A stretch of DNA of 64,000 nt, taken from contig JAGSHN010000016.1 in NCBI GenBank assembly GCA_029855935.1, forward strand, positions 64,001 to 128,000, in the 5' to 3' direction. The stretch is from Candidatus Thorarchaeota archaeon. Its GTDB lineage: Archaea; Asgardarchaeota; Thorarchaeia; Thorarchaeales; Thorarchaeaceae. Under the pieces are notes generated by a model. It did no database searches. It worked only from the letters and a program-made list of their open reading frames with translations, and had not been told where the DNA came from. A program made the position numbers and the translations under genes. This document shows positions 19,362 to 29,395 of the stretch, one piece after another (the first letter of the stretch is position 1; each line of letters begins with the position of its first letter).

Positions 19362-20294
19362 CTAGTCTTCCGACTGCGGGGGAATCATCTGAACAGCATT
19401 CTCCCAAGCCGCCTCGAACACAGAGAGAAGGTCATCGATGAAGGCCTGCTGATGCGGGGCGAGAGCGAGTACCCCAACCTGTGGCGGATACGTATCATCG
19501 AGAATGAGCAAGGCCCTTGAGCGGTCAATTCCTATCGCAAGCGGTTTAGCCTCTCCACTCGTGTCGACCCTGACGACGAGGCCCTCGCGAAGCGGGGTTG
19601 CAATCCTTGTTCTTATGGCATCAATCACATTTCGTATGTCCACGGAGGTAGCTTTGCCGACCTTGTTCTGGGGAACTATGAGGACATGAAGTCTAGTTCT
19701 CCGTTCGAGCGTTGTCTGAGCCGCCTTTTGGAGCTGTATTATCCCGCCTCCACTATTGGGTAGTAGTGGAACTGGCGCTATGTGCCACACAGTCTCTCCA
19801 GGCCCGGCAGTCAGTAGGATGTTCTCTATCATGGCGGCACTAATCTCATCCTGGTTCCTCAGCAGCACGAAGCCACGTCTCTGGCGTGGCAGTCCTGCTG
19901 CCTGTGTCAGATGTGAATAGACAACCTCGCAATCAATCTGCGACAGCAGGTCAAGATCTCTCTCAAGCCTCTCCAGTTCTGCACTACGAATTTCCAGTTG
20001 TGACTTGAGGCGATGGTGAAGTCCTCTATTGAGATGACGGAGACTACTGTAGTAGAGATGCGGCTGCCGCACCTTGTCAATACCGACGAACCCCTCCTCC
20101 ACGAGTCTCTTCAGCGACTTGTATATCCAGTTCTTGGAGATCTTGGCCTTATTCCTTCTTGTGACCTCTCTGAATATGTTGTCGACAGTCACAGTCCGCC
20201 GATCACGTTCTGACAGTAGGAGCACGGCGGTGAGAACCTGCATCTCCGTGGACCCCAGGTCGATGCCCAGCAGGTCCAGCACATCGGTTTCCAT
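19362..20294 (-). CDS. TrmB-like regulator (wHTH + coiled coil + PLD-like effector domain)
   Basis: IYKSLKRLVEEGFV, Leu heptad helix, C-terminal FEAAWENA. Confidence 0.7.
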   Translation of the reverse strand: METDVLDLLGIDLGSTEMQVLTAVLLLSERDRRTVTVDNIFREVTRRNKAKISKNWIYKSLKRLVEEGFVGIDKVRQPHLYYSSLRHLNRGLHHRLKSQLEIRSAELERLERDLDLLSQIDCEVVYSHLTQAAGLPRQRRGFVLLRNQDEISAAMIENILLTAGPGETVWHIAPVPLLPNSGGGIIQLQKAAQTTLERRTRLHVLIVPQNKVGKATSVDIRNVIDAIRTRIATPLREGLVVRVDTSGEAKPLAIGIDRSRALLILDDTYPPQVGVLALAPHQQAFIDDLLSVFEAAWENAVQMIPPQSED

Positions 20295-20321
20295 ATTTGC
20301 GCTCGTCTCTCTCGACTCCTC

Positions 20322-21242
20322 TCATACCACATCGATTGGGGTGGCCCGACTGAATTCCTTGTCGAACGATTCTAACATTTCTTCGAGAAGCTCCGGACAG
20401 TCCTCGTAGGGAATGTACTGTGTGATCACGGGATTGATGGAGATCACAAGGATGATGGCGTGATTGTTCTTGGCGACGAATTGATGGAACCTTGATGGGC
20501 TCTGACGGTGACGTATGTCCATCCTTGCACCAGCGTCATGATCTTCTGCTATTCCTCTTGTGAGGGCCTCGAACAGATTCAGCCTCACGATGCTGGCTGG
20601 TGGGAGGAGAACTCTCAGCTCCACACCCCTGCTGAGAACACGCCCTACTTGCACCAGCATCGTTTCCATCGAAGCTGGGAACTCGTCCCTGACCTCAAGT
20701 GCAACTCGCAGGATGTCACCCCTCTGGAGCCCCTCGACAATCCTCGAATCAAACACTGCTCTGTCTTCGGATGTGTCTTCACGTGACTTTCGGCGCGACG
20801 GTCTTCGACCCGTCAGGGCCTGATACATTGCCTCCGACGCTCTGGAGAGGACAGTATCATCTTGACATAGGCCTCTCAGAATGTCAATCCCACTGGATAG
20901 CGTATCCATCTGCCCACTGATTCGTCGCCTCGTCCTCTGGATTGCCTCCTCAATCGCGCGTTCCACAGATGATGTCACCAGTCGATAGCTCTGCCGATAC
21001 GAGCCCCCCTCTCTGACAATGTACTCGTCTTTGACGAGGGAGGAAAGGGCCCTATACAGAGATGCCTTTGCACTCGCTGAGACCCTGTCGGTGAGCGCTC
21101 GCATCAGGAGGTCATTCGTCGTCAGTGGGGCTCCAGCTTGAGCGAGTACACGCAGTATCTTTTGACGGAGGCTTCCTGGTGACAGGTTCATTTCGCGCAG
21201 TATCCTATCAACAATCTCCTTGGCGTTCATTCTGACATACAC
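20322..21242 (-). CDS. TrmB-like regulator
   Basis: LYRALSSLVKDEYI, GVELRVLLP, C-terminal FDKEFSRA. Confidence 0.7.
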   Translation of the reverse strand: MYVRMNAKEIVDRILREMNLSPGSLRQKILRVLAQAGAPLTTNDLLMRALTDRVSASAKASLYRALSSLVKDEYIVREGGSYRQSYRLVTSSVERAIEEAIQRTRRRISGQMDTLSSGIDILRGLCQDDTVLSRASEAMYQALTGRRPSRRKSREDTSEDRAVFDSRIVEGLQRGDILRVALEVRDEFPASMETMLVQVGRVLSRGVELRVLLPPASIVRLNLFEALTRGIAEDHDAGARMDIRHRQSPSRFHQFVAKNNHAIILVISINPVITQYIPYEDCPELLEEMLESFDKEFSRATPIDVV

Positions 21243-22288
21243 TCATCTCTTCTGTCATCCAGCCTTGGGCTGCTCTCCGCTGCGTGGAGTATCTCCGCCG
21301 CAGCTTCACTCGATTCGATACCGTTCTCTCTCAGCATTGACCGAGTGAGTTTCTCTAAGGGGAGAGCCTGTTTCCATACCCTGTCGAACCGCTCTACTAT
21401 TTGGTCGATGAGGTCCGCAGCATACTCTCGTGTCATCATTGTGGTCGCTATCGGCTCCTCCACGAGGATCAGTGCGACGGCATCTCGGTTGCGAATGACC
21501 GCATTGTATGCATCAGCCTCTCTGTGGAGTCTAATCTCAAACCTCAGGCCCTGCTTCCGCATCCTCCCTATCCCAACAATGAACTGGCCGACGGCCTGTG
21601 CAGTGGGTGCTCCGGGAACAATATCAATGACCCTCAGGAAACTGAACGGGGCAAGGTATCTGACCTCAGCACCCCTCTGCGCAGCCTCGATAAACTTCTT
21701 GGTGCGTTCAATTCCTCCCCGGACGAGCGGACGTGCAAAGGACGCCATCACTCTGATCACGTCCCCCCTACTCGCTGGTCTGGTGATGCCCTCCAGCACC
21801 AACTGGTGCATGCCGTCGGCGCCCTTTGCAAAACTCACAGTGGAGAACGCCTCAGTTCCAACGATTGACTGGGCAATCCTCTCCCCGAGCTTCGAGCAGT
21901 CAATCTGCCGCAGCATCTCCAATTGGCGCTCTATCCGGTTTCTCTCCGCCTCCAGTTGCTCCACAACTGTCGAATGGAGTCGATGCAGTCCTGCAATCAG
22001 TGATGTGGTGCTGATTGAGTATTTCTTTCTCTGTGCGCCGCGACCGCTGACACGTACGACACCCGCTTCCTTGAGGAGCTTCAGGTCCCTATAGATGCAG
22101 GTCCGACTGGGAACGTCATCAGGGCGGAGTCTCTGTATCGCGTCATATATCTCGTGGAACTGTTGTGGTCTCTTCTGGATCTGCTGAGTCCTCATCATGG
22201 ATCTGACGAGCTCGAGAAGCCTCTTCGTCCGTTTCTTGGAGAGGTCCACACCGAGCAGTCTCAGCTGCTCAATCTCATGTTCTTCCAA
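21227..22288 (-). CDS. TrmB-like regulator
   Basis: IYRDLKLLKEAGVV, AAQRGAEVRYL, FDRVWKQA. Confidence 0.72.
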   Translation of the reverse strand: MEEHEIEQLRLLGVDLSKKRTKRLLELVRSMMRTQQIQKRPQQFHEIYDAIQRLRPDDVPSRTCIYRDLKLLKEAGVVRVSGRGAQRKKYSISTTSLIAGLHRLHSTVVEQLEAERNRIERQLEMLRQIDCSKLGERIAQSIVGTEAFSTVSFAKGADGMHQLVLEGITRPASRGDVIRVMASFARPLVRGGIERTKKFIEAAQRGAEVRYLAPFSFLRVIDIVPGAPTAQAVGQFIVGIGRMRKQGLRFEIRLHREADAYNAVIRNRDAVALILVEEPIATTMMTREYAADLIDQIVERFDRVWKQALPLEKLTRSMLRENGIESSEAAAEILHAAESSPRLDDRRDECMSE

Positions 22289-22541
22289 TACTGGTCACCC
22301 TGGGGGCCGCTTTCTGTCTCGACAGAGATGTCAATGGTCGGACAGATAGCATTGCCAACATTGCCATCTGTAAAGATACTAGCAATATACCAGTCAAGAA
22401 TGAACAGCTCTTTATATCCTTACTTGCCATAGAACCATGCCATTCTCGTCAGAGATGTGCGGGTGATCATTCGCGCTTTCCATCGTGAAGGCCCTGACGT
22501 GAAAACCTTGCGGGGCAGGAGCACGAGAGTGCTCGTGTTAT

Positions 22542-22573
22542 GAAGCAGGGGTTGGGGGGGCGACCCCTGCTTC
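22542..22573. terminator. GC-rich stem-loop downstream of the GGR-family gene
   Basis: GAAGCAGGGGTTG...CGACCCCTGCTTC inverted repeat. Confidence 0.45.
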
Positions 22574-22619
22574 TCTCCCTATTAGTCATATCTTCTCAGT
22601 CTAGTTCTGGTTGCAGGCG

Positions 22620-23852
22620 TCACGGACCGACCACTGCAAGGCTCTTGAGATAGCCTCTTCCTATCTTGAACACCATCGGCAAGAAGTCCGTGAACAATCG
22701 CATCACCGTGGCCACACTGATATGACCCTGCACAATCTCGTTGAGCGTCGCTGCATCGAGCTCCCGGAGTACAATCTCCGCAGCCTCAAGGGGGTCATTG
22801 AGCATCGAATATCTTGACACAGCCCACATCCCCCTTCCGGTATTCTGAATGTTCCACGCAAGCTTTGACCCTCGGTACTCCTTCTCGTACTTGTAGACGC
22901 TTCGTCTGGAGAAGTCGTCCTGTTCCACCATCCTCTGTGCGTGCTGGGCGAGCAGAGATCCCGCGTGCAAGCAGGTGGTGACGCCTCCGCCAACAATCGA
23001 CGAGACCTGCCCTGCTGAGTTACCACAGAGTGCAACACCCGCATCGGTGAATCGTGGTATCAGACCCGCACAGGGGACCACCCCGCCATTGGCGCCCACG
23101 ATCTTCGCATCACGGGTCTCCTCGTGGGTCCTCATATACTTCAGCAGAACCTCTCTCATCGGGGGTAGACTGTGCCACTCGGAGCCCGTTGTTGGCACGC
23201 GTCCGATCCCGAGGTTGACCTCGGTCTCGCTTCGCGGATACAACCAGAGATAGCCAAGTCCCACATCACGCCCAACATAGAAATAGGCAGTCTCGGGATC
23301 GATGTTCTTGCAGTTGGCGAGCTTGAATCTGATGCCATATGAGAGTAGCCACTTTGGGTGAGTGAAACCAGCGGTCTCGGAGACTCGGCTGAAGGATCCG
23401 TCCGCACCAACCGTCAGCGATGCCTTCACAGAATCTGCACCACGGTTGTAGGTCACACCCGTGACCTGTCCGTTGTCCTTGGTCACCGAGTCTACTCTGG
23501 CGCCAAACCTGAACTCCGCTCCATCAGCCACAGCCCTCTCGTACATCAGTTCCTGGCACCTGTCCTCATCGAGCAGGTACGAGTTGCCAAGCAGTCTTCG
23601 GTCCACAGCAATACTTGCTCCGGTGTCGAGACTCGCCCCCACAATGGCAGAGAACTTGTTGCCAACATACTCCGAGTCAGGTCTCACACGGAGAAGCCTC
23701 AATGCCTTGTCGGTGACGAGCTCTCCCATCAGAGAGTCGGTGACCTTTGCGCGCTTCTCAAGAACGACTGTCTTCAGTCCTCTCGCGGCGGCCTGTTCAG
23801 CAGTCTTGAGGCCTGCCGGGCCAGTCCCAACAACGGCGACATCATACTTCAT
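22620..23852 (-). CDS. Geranylgeranyl reductase family FAD-dependent oxidoreductase
   Basis: DVAVVGTGPAG, GADG..S.V, GYLWLYP, GNSAGQV...GGG. Confidence 0.85.
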   Translation of the reverse strand: MKYDVAVVGTGPAGLKTAEQAAARGLKTVVLEKRAKVTDSLMGELVTDKALRLLRVRPDSEYVGNKFSAIVGASLDTGASIAVDRRLLGNSYLLDEDRCQELMYERAVADGAEFRFGARVDSVTKDNGQVTGVTYNRGADSVKASLTVGADGSFSRVSETAGFTHPKWLLSYGIRFKLANCKNIDPETAYFYVGRDVGLGYLWLYPRSETEVNLGIGRVPTTGSEWHSLPPMREVLLKYMRTHEETRDAKIVGANGGVVPCAGLIPRFTDAGVALCGNSAGQVSSIVGGGVTTCLHAGSLLAQHAQRMVEQDDFSRRSVYKYEKEYRGSKLAWNIQNTGRGMWAVSRYSMLNDPLEAAEIVLRELDAATLNEIVQGHISVATVMRLFTDFLPMVFKIGRGYLKSLAVVGP

Positions 23853-23995
23853 CCAGCTGGCACCTTCCGCAGTGGTCGCTCCACGGCAAAGAATGACGCT
23901 ATTATCTCTTTTCCATAGAGGCTGTAGTTCCGAGCAGATTAAAAGGAAGATCTGGTGCTGCGATTCGCGAGCTGGAATATCTTGAGGCTAGAGGA

Positions 23996-24853
23996 ATGAA
24001 GGCCCGGACGATTGTCTACGCTGTGTATCTCATTCTATCCATATTCGTGAGCATTACGGTAGCGGCGTTTCCCGCGATCGTTCTGTTCCTGATCTTCTTC
24101 AATCTTATCGACTCTATTGTGGCCAGTGTGATACCTCCTCTCAATCTGATTCGTGATGCGGTTCTGGCGCTACTTGGTACTCTTCTGCCTCAGTTCTTCG
24201 CCGATCACTTCTGGTTCTTTGTGCTGCTAGTTCCGGCGTTGCTCACCTGCTATGCGATATTCTTGGGCATCCTCCTTGTGATGTTCAGACTCTCCCGGCG
24301 AGGTCTTCCCTATCTCGAGGACGGCTACTACCCGATGGAGACAGAGGAGTGGATGCTCTACGAGTTCTACGAGGTCTACTACGTGATCTTTCCGTACTTT
24401 GCGTGGTTCTTCAGCGTCTTCCTTGACACTCGTCCAAGGCATGCTCTCTTTGGTGCAAAGATAGGCAAGAACACGGTCGTGGGAAACGGTCGCCTGTTCA
24501 ATCCCGAGCGGACGATCATCGGTGACAACTGCTTCTTCGGATATGATGCCATACTCAGCGGACACGTCTATGAGGGCGGTCGCCTGTATCTGAAGACGGT
24601 CAGGCTGGGAGATAATGTGACTGTAGGGGCCAACTCGGTCATCCTGCCTGGGGCCGACATAGGCGACAATGTGATCATTGCTGCGAACAGCACGGTGCCC
24701 AAGAATCGCGTCATCCCGCCCAACAGCATCTGGGTACATGGCAAGGCAATCCCTCGCAAGAAGAAGGAGGAGCTGCCTGAAGAGGTGGCAACAGAGCTGG
24801 AGGCCACTCTGCCCGCTGTGGAACCGGAGGACGAAGAGGATGTCGGTGAGTGA
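23996..24853 (+). CDS. Membrane-anchored hexapeptide-repeat (left-handed beta-helix) acyltransferase-like protein
   Basis: N-terminal TM helices; GAKIGKN, IGDNCFFG, LGDNVTVGANSVILPGADIGDN. Confidence 0.85.
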   Translation: MKARTIVYAVYLILSIFVSITVAAFPAIVLFLIFFNLIDSIVASVIPPLNLIRDAVLALLGTLLPQFFADHFWFFVLLVPALLTCYAIFLGILLVMFRLSRRGLPYLEDGYYPMETEEWMLYEFYEVYYVIFPYFAWFFSVFLDTRPRHALFGAKIGKNTVVGNGRLFNPERTIIGDNCFFGYDAILSGHVYEGGRLYLKTVRLGDNVTVGANSVILPGADIGDNVIIAANSTVPKNRVIPPNSIWVHGKAIPRKKKEELPEEVATELEATLPAVEPEDEEDVGE

Positions 24854-24894
24854 GTCTAGTTCATATACGGAGGAGCCCCTCGGACACCTGATAG

Positions 24895-25311
24895 ATGGCG
24901 GTGGTGGACAGGATGATCCTATTGATGTTCCACCTTGAGAGCTTCTGGTATCGGCCGAACGAGGCTGAGACTGGTGTGCGGGATGAGCACAGGTTTGGCG
25001 AGTCGGTACTCGTCTGGATTCAGGCAGAGGAGCGGGACCATAAGAACCGCATTGCTGTTCTCAGGAAGATGGTCAAGAACATCAAGTGGCTTGCCCAGAA
25101 GGTCGGCTGCAACCGAATCATCCTTCACTCCTTTGCTCATCTTGGCACGAGCAAGGCCGATCCGGAGTTTGCGGATGCTCTCATCGAGGAGGTGGCGAAC
25201 AGGCTGAGGGAGCGAGGTTTTGAGGTTCACATAGTCCCCTTCGGGACGTTTCACGAGTTTGCGATGCACGTGAAGGGCCCCTCCCTTGCAAAGGTGTTTA
25301 AGACATTCTGA
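24895..25311 (+). CDS. Stand-alone archaeal-type threonyl-tRNA synthetase editing-domain protein
   Basis: LLMFH..F.Y, IILHSFAHL, PFG...F.MHVKG.SLA. Confidence 0.85.
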   Translation: MAVVDRMILLMFHLESFWYRPNEAETGVRDEHRFGESVLVWIQAEERDHKNRIAVLRKMVKNIKWLAQKVGCNRIILHSFAHLGTSKADPEFADALIEEVANRLRERGFEVHIVPFGTFHEFAMHVKGPSLAKVFKTF

Positions 25312-25341
25312 GCCGAGAGTATCGTCAGGAACAGGCTGACG

Positions 25342-26763
25342 GTGACTATGACGGACAAGGAGAAGACGTACACACCAAGGGGTTATCAGCGCTATCTTCT
25401 TGAGCGGATTGAGGCCCTGAGGGGAACGAACCTGCTGCTTGAGCTCGACTGCGGACTGGGCAAGCGCTTCATCACACACCAGCTCGTGGTCGAGAGATTC
25501 CCGGAGTCTAGGTTCATAATCGTCGTTCATTCCTCGTCCTCACTGGCCGAGACCGTAGAGTACCTTCAGCAGGCCTATGGGGGGCTCGAGTCGGACCTTG
25601 GGGAGCTCTCCTCCCGCGTACCGTCACGTCTTCGGCCGCGAGTGCTTGACGAGAAGCGCGTCATTGTGACCACCCCGCAGATACTCGCGAGGATGTTGCA
25701 GACTCACTACGAGTTGTTTGAGGACTTCCGAATCCTGCTCATCAACGAGGTCGACACTATTGTGCGCCGGAGCGGCGGACGTACCAATCTGGTCTATCCT
25801 TGGCCAACGATACTCTCTCTGTTGGGAGACCGATGGATCATCGGGATGAGCGGAACTCTGCGAGACGACCATGCTGTCTTCACTGACGAGCAGGTGGAGA
25901 TACGACGCGAGCTGTTGACGCTACAGCAACACATCCCGGAGTCTGTCGTCATCACAATGGAGGAGCTGTACGGCACGGATGTCGGAGAATACGTCGAGCC
26001 GACCCTGATACAGGTCGAGCGAGTCGCTGACAGTCGCATCCGGTCAATCTCACGAGTGCTCGACGAGCTAATTCGTGACACGAGAGAGCAGATCGGCATG
26101 GAACTCGAGGATGATGGTCACCAGGACCTCATCGCTGATGACCCCCGGCGCGTTCATCTGATGCTGGAGCGACTGCCAGTTTCAGACGAGTTGAAGAGCA
26201 GGTACATGCACCTGCTGATGCTGCGCAAGTACGTATTTGCAATGCCTCCGCGGCAATTCCTCCGGATGTTCCATGGCCACTATCTGCATCACTACTTCAA
26301 CCTCTCCGACCTCTCACGGATACTCCCCTCGATATCGACGAAGGCTCAGCGGGTACTCGATATCGCGCTCGCTCATAGCAAGACTGTGGTGCTGACTTCC
26401 TATCTTGAGATGGTGTCCCAGATCGCTGGCCTGCTCAAAGATGCTGGACTGACCGTGCTGACGGTGACAGGTCGGACGAAGAACAAGGGCGAGGTCCTGC
26501 AGAGGTTTCGCGAGAGTCCCGAGGTGAACGTCCTCGTGATGTCGCCTGTTGGAGAGCGCGACCTCGACATTCCCAACGCCGACGTCATGGTGGTCTGCGA
26601 CACGATCAATACTGTGAAGACGATGTATCAGAAGTTCAAGCGGACGCGCGGCGGCCGTGTCGTTATTCTGGTCTACGAGGGCACATCCGAGGAGCGGAAG
26701 GTCAGACGACTTGTGAGCACACTTGTCGAGAGGTATCCCTGGTCGACAGCGACCACAGAGTGA
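25342..26763 (+). CDS. SF2 (Hef/ERCC4-like) helicase with degenerate motifs and no nuclease domain
   Basis: PRGYQ, LDCGLGKR, VTTPQ, INEVD, GMSGT, GERDLDIP, QKFKRTRG. Confidence 0.75.
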   Translation: MTMTDKEKTYTPRGYQRYLLERIEALRGTNLLLELDCGLGKRFITHQLVVERFPESRFIIVVHSSSSLAETVEYLQQAYGGLESDLGELSSRVPSRLRPRVLDEKRVIVTTPQILARMLQTHYELFEDFRILLINEVDTIVRRSGGRTNLVYPWPTILSLLGDRWIIGMSGTLRDDHAVFTDEQVEIRRELLTLQQHIPESVVITMEELYGTDVGEYVEPTLIQVERVADSRIRSISRVLDELIRDTREQIGMELEDDGHQDLIADDPRRVHLMLERLPVSDELKSRYMHLLMLRKYVFAMPPRQFLRMFHGHYLHHYFNLSDLSRILPSISTKAQRVLDIALAHSKTVVLTSYLEMVSQIAGLLKDAGLTVLTVTGRTKNKGEVLQRFRESPEVNVLVMSPVGERDLDIPNADVMVVCDTINTVKTMYQKFKRTRGGRVVILVYEGTSEERKVRRLVSTLVERYPWSTATTE

Positions 26764-26864
26764 CTCTCCCGCGCCTAAGACATGAGGCTGCCTCCACCAG
26801 CTGGGCAACGCTCATAGGTCATTATTATTATAAGTGCCATTCAGGGACCTGTCCGTGAATCGCC

Positions 26865-27317
26865 TTGGAAGCAGAGCGCACAGACAATGATCCGATAGTT
26901 GGTACGGGCGTCGATATTGTCCAGATCTCCCGTCTGAGACGGATTGACCTAAAGGCGCCGTTCTATCGGAGAGTATTCACCACCCGAGAGATGGAGTACT
27001 GCAAGAGATTTGACGATCCGCTTCCCCATCTGGCTGGGGTATTCGCAGCCAAGGAGGCTGTCTGGAAGAGTATCTCCCACCTATCCCCTCCCGCTCTCTC
27101 TGGCATAGAGATTCTACACGACCCACCCGGGCGTCCTCAGGTGCATCTGTCCGGCCATGTTGACTGCAGAGTCCATCTCAGTATCTCCCACTCTGGCGAC
27201 TACGCAGTGGCAGTGGCCATTGCCGTCGATTCCGAGATGGGCATCGATGGCGACTATGCGAGCAGGCTCGCGTCGCTCGTCACGGACCTGATCCAGTCGA
27301 AGGAGGTCCCCCGATGA
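26865..27317 (+). CDS. acpS: Holo-ACP synthase (4'-phosphopantetheinyl transferase)
   Basis: GTGVDIV, RVFT..E..YC, LAGVFAAKEA, G.P, LSISH...YAVA. Confidence 0.92.
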   Translation: MEAERTDNDPIVGTGVDIVQISRLRRIDLKAPFYRRVFTTREMEYCKRFDDPLPHLAGVFAAKEAVWKSISHLSPPALSGIEILHDPPGRPQVHLSGHVDCRVHLSISHSGDYAVAVAIAVDSEMGIDGDYASRLASLVTDLIQSKEVPR

Positions 27318-29149
27318 ACGATTCCGCTGACAAGCTCACAACTCTTCTTGAGACGGTCAGACAGGACCCATCGTATCTCAATCTATGGAGTGCGTACCGC
27401 CGCATTCGCGCCATGGGTCTTCCGGAACCCACTGACGAGAAGACCGCCGTCAGGCTTGCAATCATAGGCTCATCTACCCTTGAGCCGCTGGCCGCCTGCA
27501 TAGACGTCAAGATCCGGCTGGAGGGGCTCACCCCCGTGACCTACGTGGGCGGCTTCAATACATTTCGTCAGGAGGCACTGGACAAGTCCTCGGCACTGTA
27601 TGCTCACAGGCCCAATGTTGTTGTCCTCAGTGTTGACGCGTGGTCGCTGCTGAGTCAGACATTCCTTGCCGAGTTTGTCCGAATGGACAAGGCGCAGAGG
27701 GGGCAACATGCCAAGGCGATTGCCAGTGAGGTCATCGATGTTGCTCGTGCCATCGAACAAGAATCATCTGCGCTGGTTCTTGTCAACAACTTCATTGTCC
27801 CCGTGTTCTCCCCTGTCGGCATAGTTGACAGCAAGCAGGAAATTGGTCTGCGCGAGTTCTTCAGGCGTGCCAACAGTCTTCTCGAGGAGGCGTTCAGGGA
27901 CAGTAGCAGGGTCTTCGTGGTTGACCTCGACGCAGTGGCCTCTCAATTTGGAAAGAGGGACACCATAAACTGGAACACGTTCTATCGCGGAGGAATTCAG
28001 TTCAGCGAGTCCTTTATGCCCGTGCTTGCGGACGAGTACCTGCGCTATGTCCGAGCATTGAAGGGCAGGTCGAAGAAGTGCATTGTACTGGATCTGGACA
28101 ATACACTCTGGGGTGGCATAATCGGTGAGGATGGTATCGAGGGCATCCGGCTCGGTCCCACCTCCCCCGGCGCGGAGTACCTCGACTTTCAGAGAGTGCT
28201 TCTCAGTCTGTACAATCGCGGGATAATCCTCGCAGTCAACAGCAAGAACAATCCTGATGATGCCCTCAAGGTGCTGAGAGAGCATCCCTACCAGCTACTG
28301 AGAGAGGAGCACTTCGCAGCACTGAGGATCAACTGGCAGAATAAGGTTCAGAATCTCATAGAGCTCGCTCAGGAGATCAACATTGGTCTCGACAGTATGG
28401 TGTTCATCGATGACAGCCCTCAGGAGCGAGCGCAGGTCCGACAGGCGCTGCCAGAGGTACTTGTGGTCGACCTCCCGGAGAATCCACGACTCTACAGGGC
28501 CACACTCGAACGGCTCAACGTCTTTGATGTGCTATCACTGACCCCCGAGGATATGCGCAGAGGGGAGATGTACGTCGGCAAGAGAAAACGCGCCGAGTTG
28601 CAGCAGAGTGCTGCGTCCCTTGAGGACTTTCTACGGACCCTCCAGCTCCGCGTGGAGATAAAGCTGGCCGACGACTTTGACATGCCACGTGTGGTCCAGC
28701 TGATTGGCAAGACCAACCAGTTCAATCTGACGACCCGGCGCTATACTGATGCCGAGGTGCGCGGGTTTCGTGAGAGCCCTGATGTCCGGGTGTACAGGAT
28801 GGCTGTGAGCGACAGGTTCGGGGACGAGGGGATTGTTGGTGTGGCGATAGTCAGGAGCGAGAAGGACGCTTGGGTGATCGACTCGTTTCTGATGAGTTGC
28901 AGGGTCATCGGCCGGAATGTCGAGACTGCCTTTCTTGCCAAGATAGCCTCTGACGCACGCGAGAACGGTGTCCGGCGGCTGATTGGTGAGTACATCCCGA
29001 CCAAGAAGAACGTCCCGGCGAGGGATCTCTACGAACGACACGGCTTTGAGCTCATCGGTACAGATGAGGACGGTGTCACACGATGGCAGCTCGATCTGTC
29101 GACCTCCACTATTGAGGTGCCAGAATACATAGAACTTGTCGAGGAGTGA
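27314..29149 (+). CDS. fkbH: FkbH-like HAD-IIIC phosphatase/glyceryl transferase with C-terminal GNAT-like domain
   Basis: VLDLDNTLWGGIIGEDG, SKNN, FIDDSPQE, KTNQFNLTT, LMSCRVIGR; ATGA overlap with acpS. Confidence 0.93.
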   Translation: MNDSADKLTTLLETVRQDPSYLNLWSAYRRIRAMGLPEPTDEKTAVRLAIIGSSTLEPLAACIDVKIRLEGLTPVTYVGGFNTFRQEALDKSSALYAHRPNVVVLSVDAWSLLSQTFLAEFVRMDKAQRGQHAKAIASEVIDVARAIEQESSALVLVNNFIVPVFSPVGIVDSKQEIGLREFFRRANSLLEEAFRDSSRVFVVDLDAVASQFGKRDTINWNTFYRGGIQFSESFMPVLADEYLRYVRALKGRSKKCIVLDLDNTLWGGIIGEDGIEGIRLGPTSPGAEYLDFQRVLLSLYNRGIILAVNSKNNPDDALKVLREHPYQLLREEHFAALRINWQNKVQNLIELAQEINIGLDSMVFIDDSPQERAQVRQALPEVLVVDLPENPRLYRATLERLNVFDVLSLTPEDMRRGEMYVGKRKRAELQQSAASLEDFLRTLQLRVEIKLADDFDMPRVVQLIGKTNQFNLTTRRYTDAEVRGFRESPDVRVYRMAVSDRFGDEGIVGVAIVRSEKDAWVIDSFLMSCRVIGRNVETAFLAKIASDARENGVRRLIGEYIPTKKNVPARDLYERHGFELIGTDEDGVTRWQLDLSTSTIEVPEYIELVEE

Positions 29150-29152
29150 ACG

Positions 29153-29395
29153 TTGACGGACGACATTGACGCGAAGATCACCGAGATAGTGTCAAAGGTC
29201 CTGCTGCTGGACGAGGACAAGGTGACCGACACCCTGCGGCGCAAGGAGTACGAACCGTGGGACTCGATGGCGCATCTCATTCTTGTCAGTGAGGTTGAGA
29301 ACGAGTTCGGCATCTCCTTCACCGACGATGAGGTCGTGGAGATATGGACCGTTGGCGACCTTCGGCGGATGGTCACTGAGAAGGTCCATCGCTAG
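29153..29395 (+). CDS. Acyl carrier protein
   Basis: 80 aa, acidic, WDSMAH pantetheinylation motif, E.EFGI, TVGDL. Confidence 0.9.
   Translation: MTDDIDAKITEIVSKVLLLDEDKVTDTLRRKEYEPWDSMAHLILVSEVENEFGISFTDDEVVEIWTVGDLRRMVTEKVHR

Noticed and set aside
22520-22575. Hairpin preceded by ATGA as a possible eukaryote-like SECIS element
   Set aside because: No GA on the 3' side, no AA in the loop, and no in-frame TGA candidate noticed in adjacent genes. A terminator-like stem is the simpler reading.
26865-29395. Fatty-acid or polyketide synthase cluster
   Set aside because: No ketosynthase, reductase, dehydratase or adenylation genes in the window.
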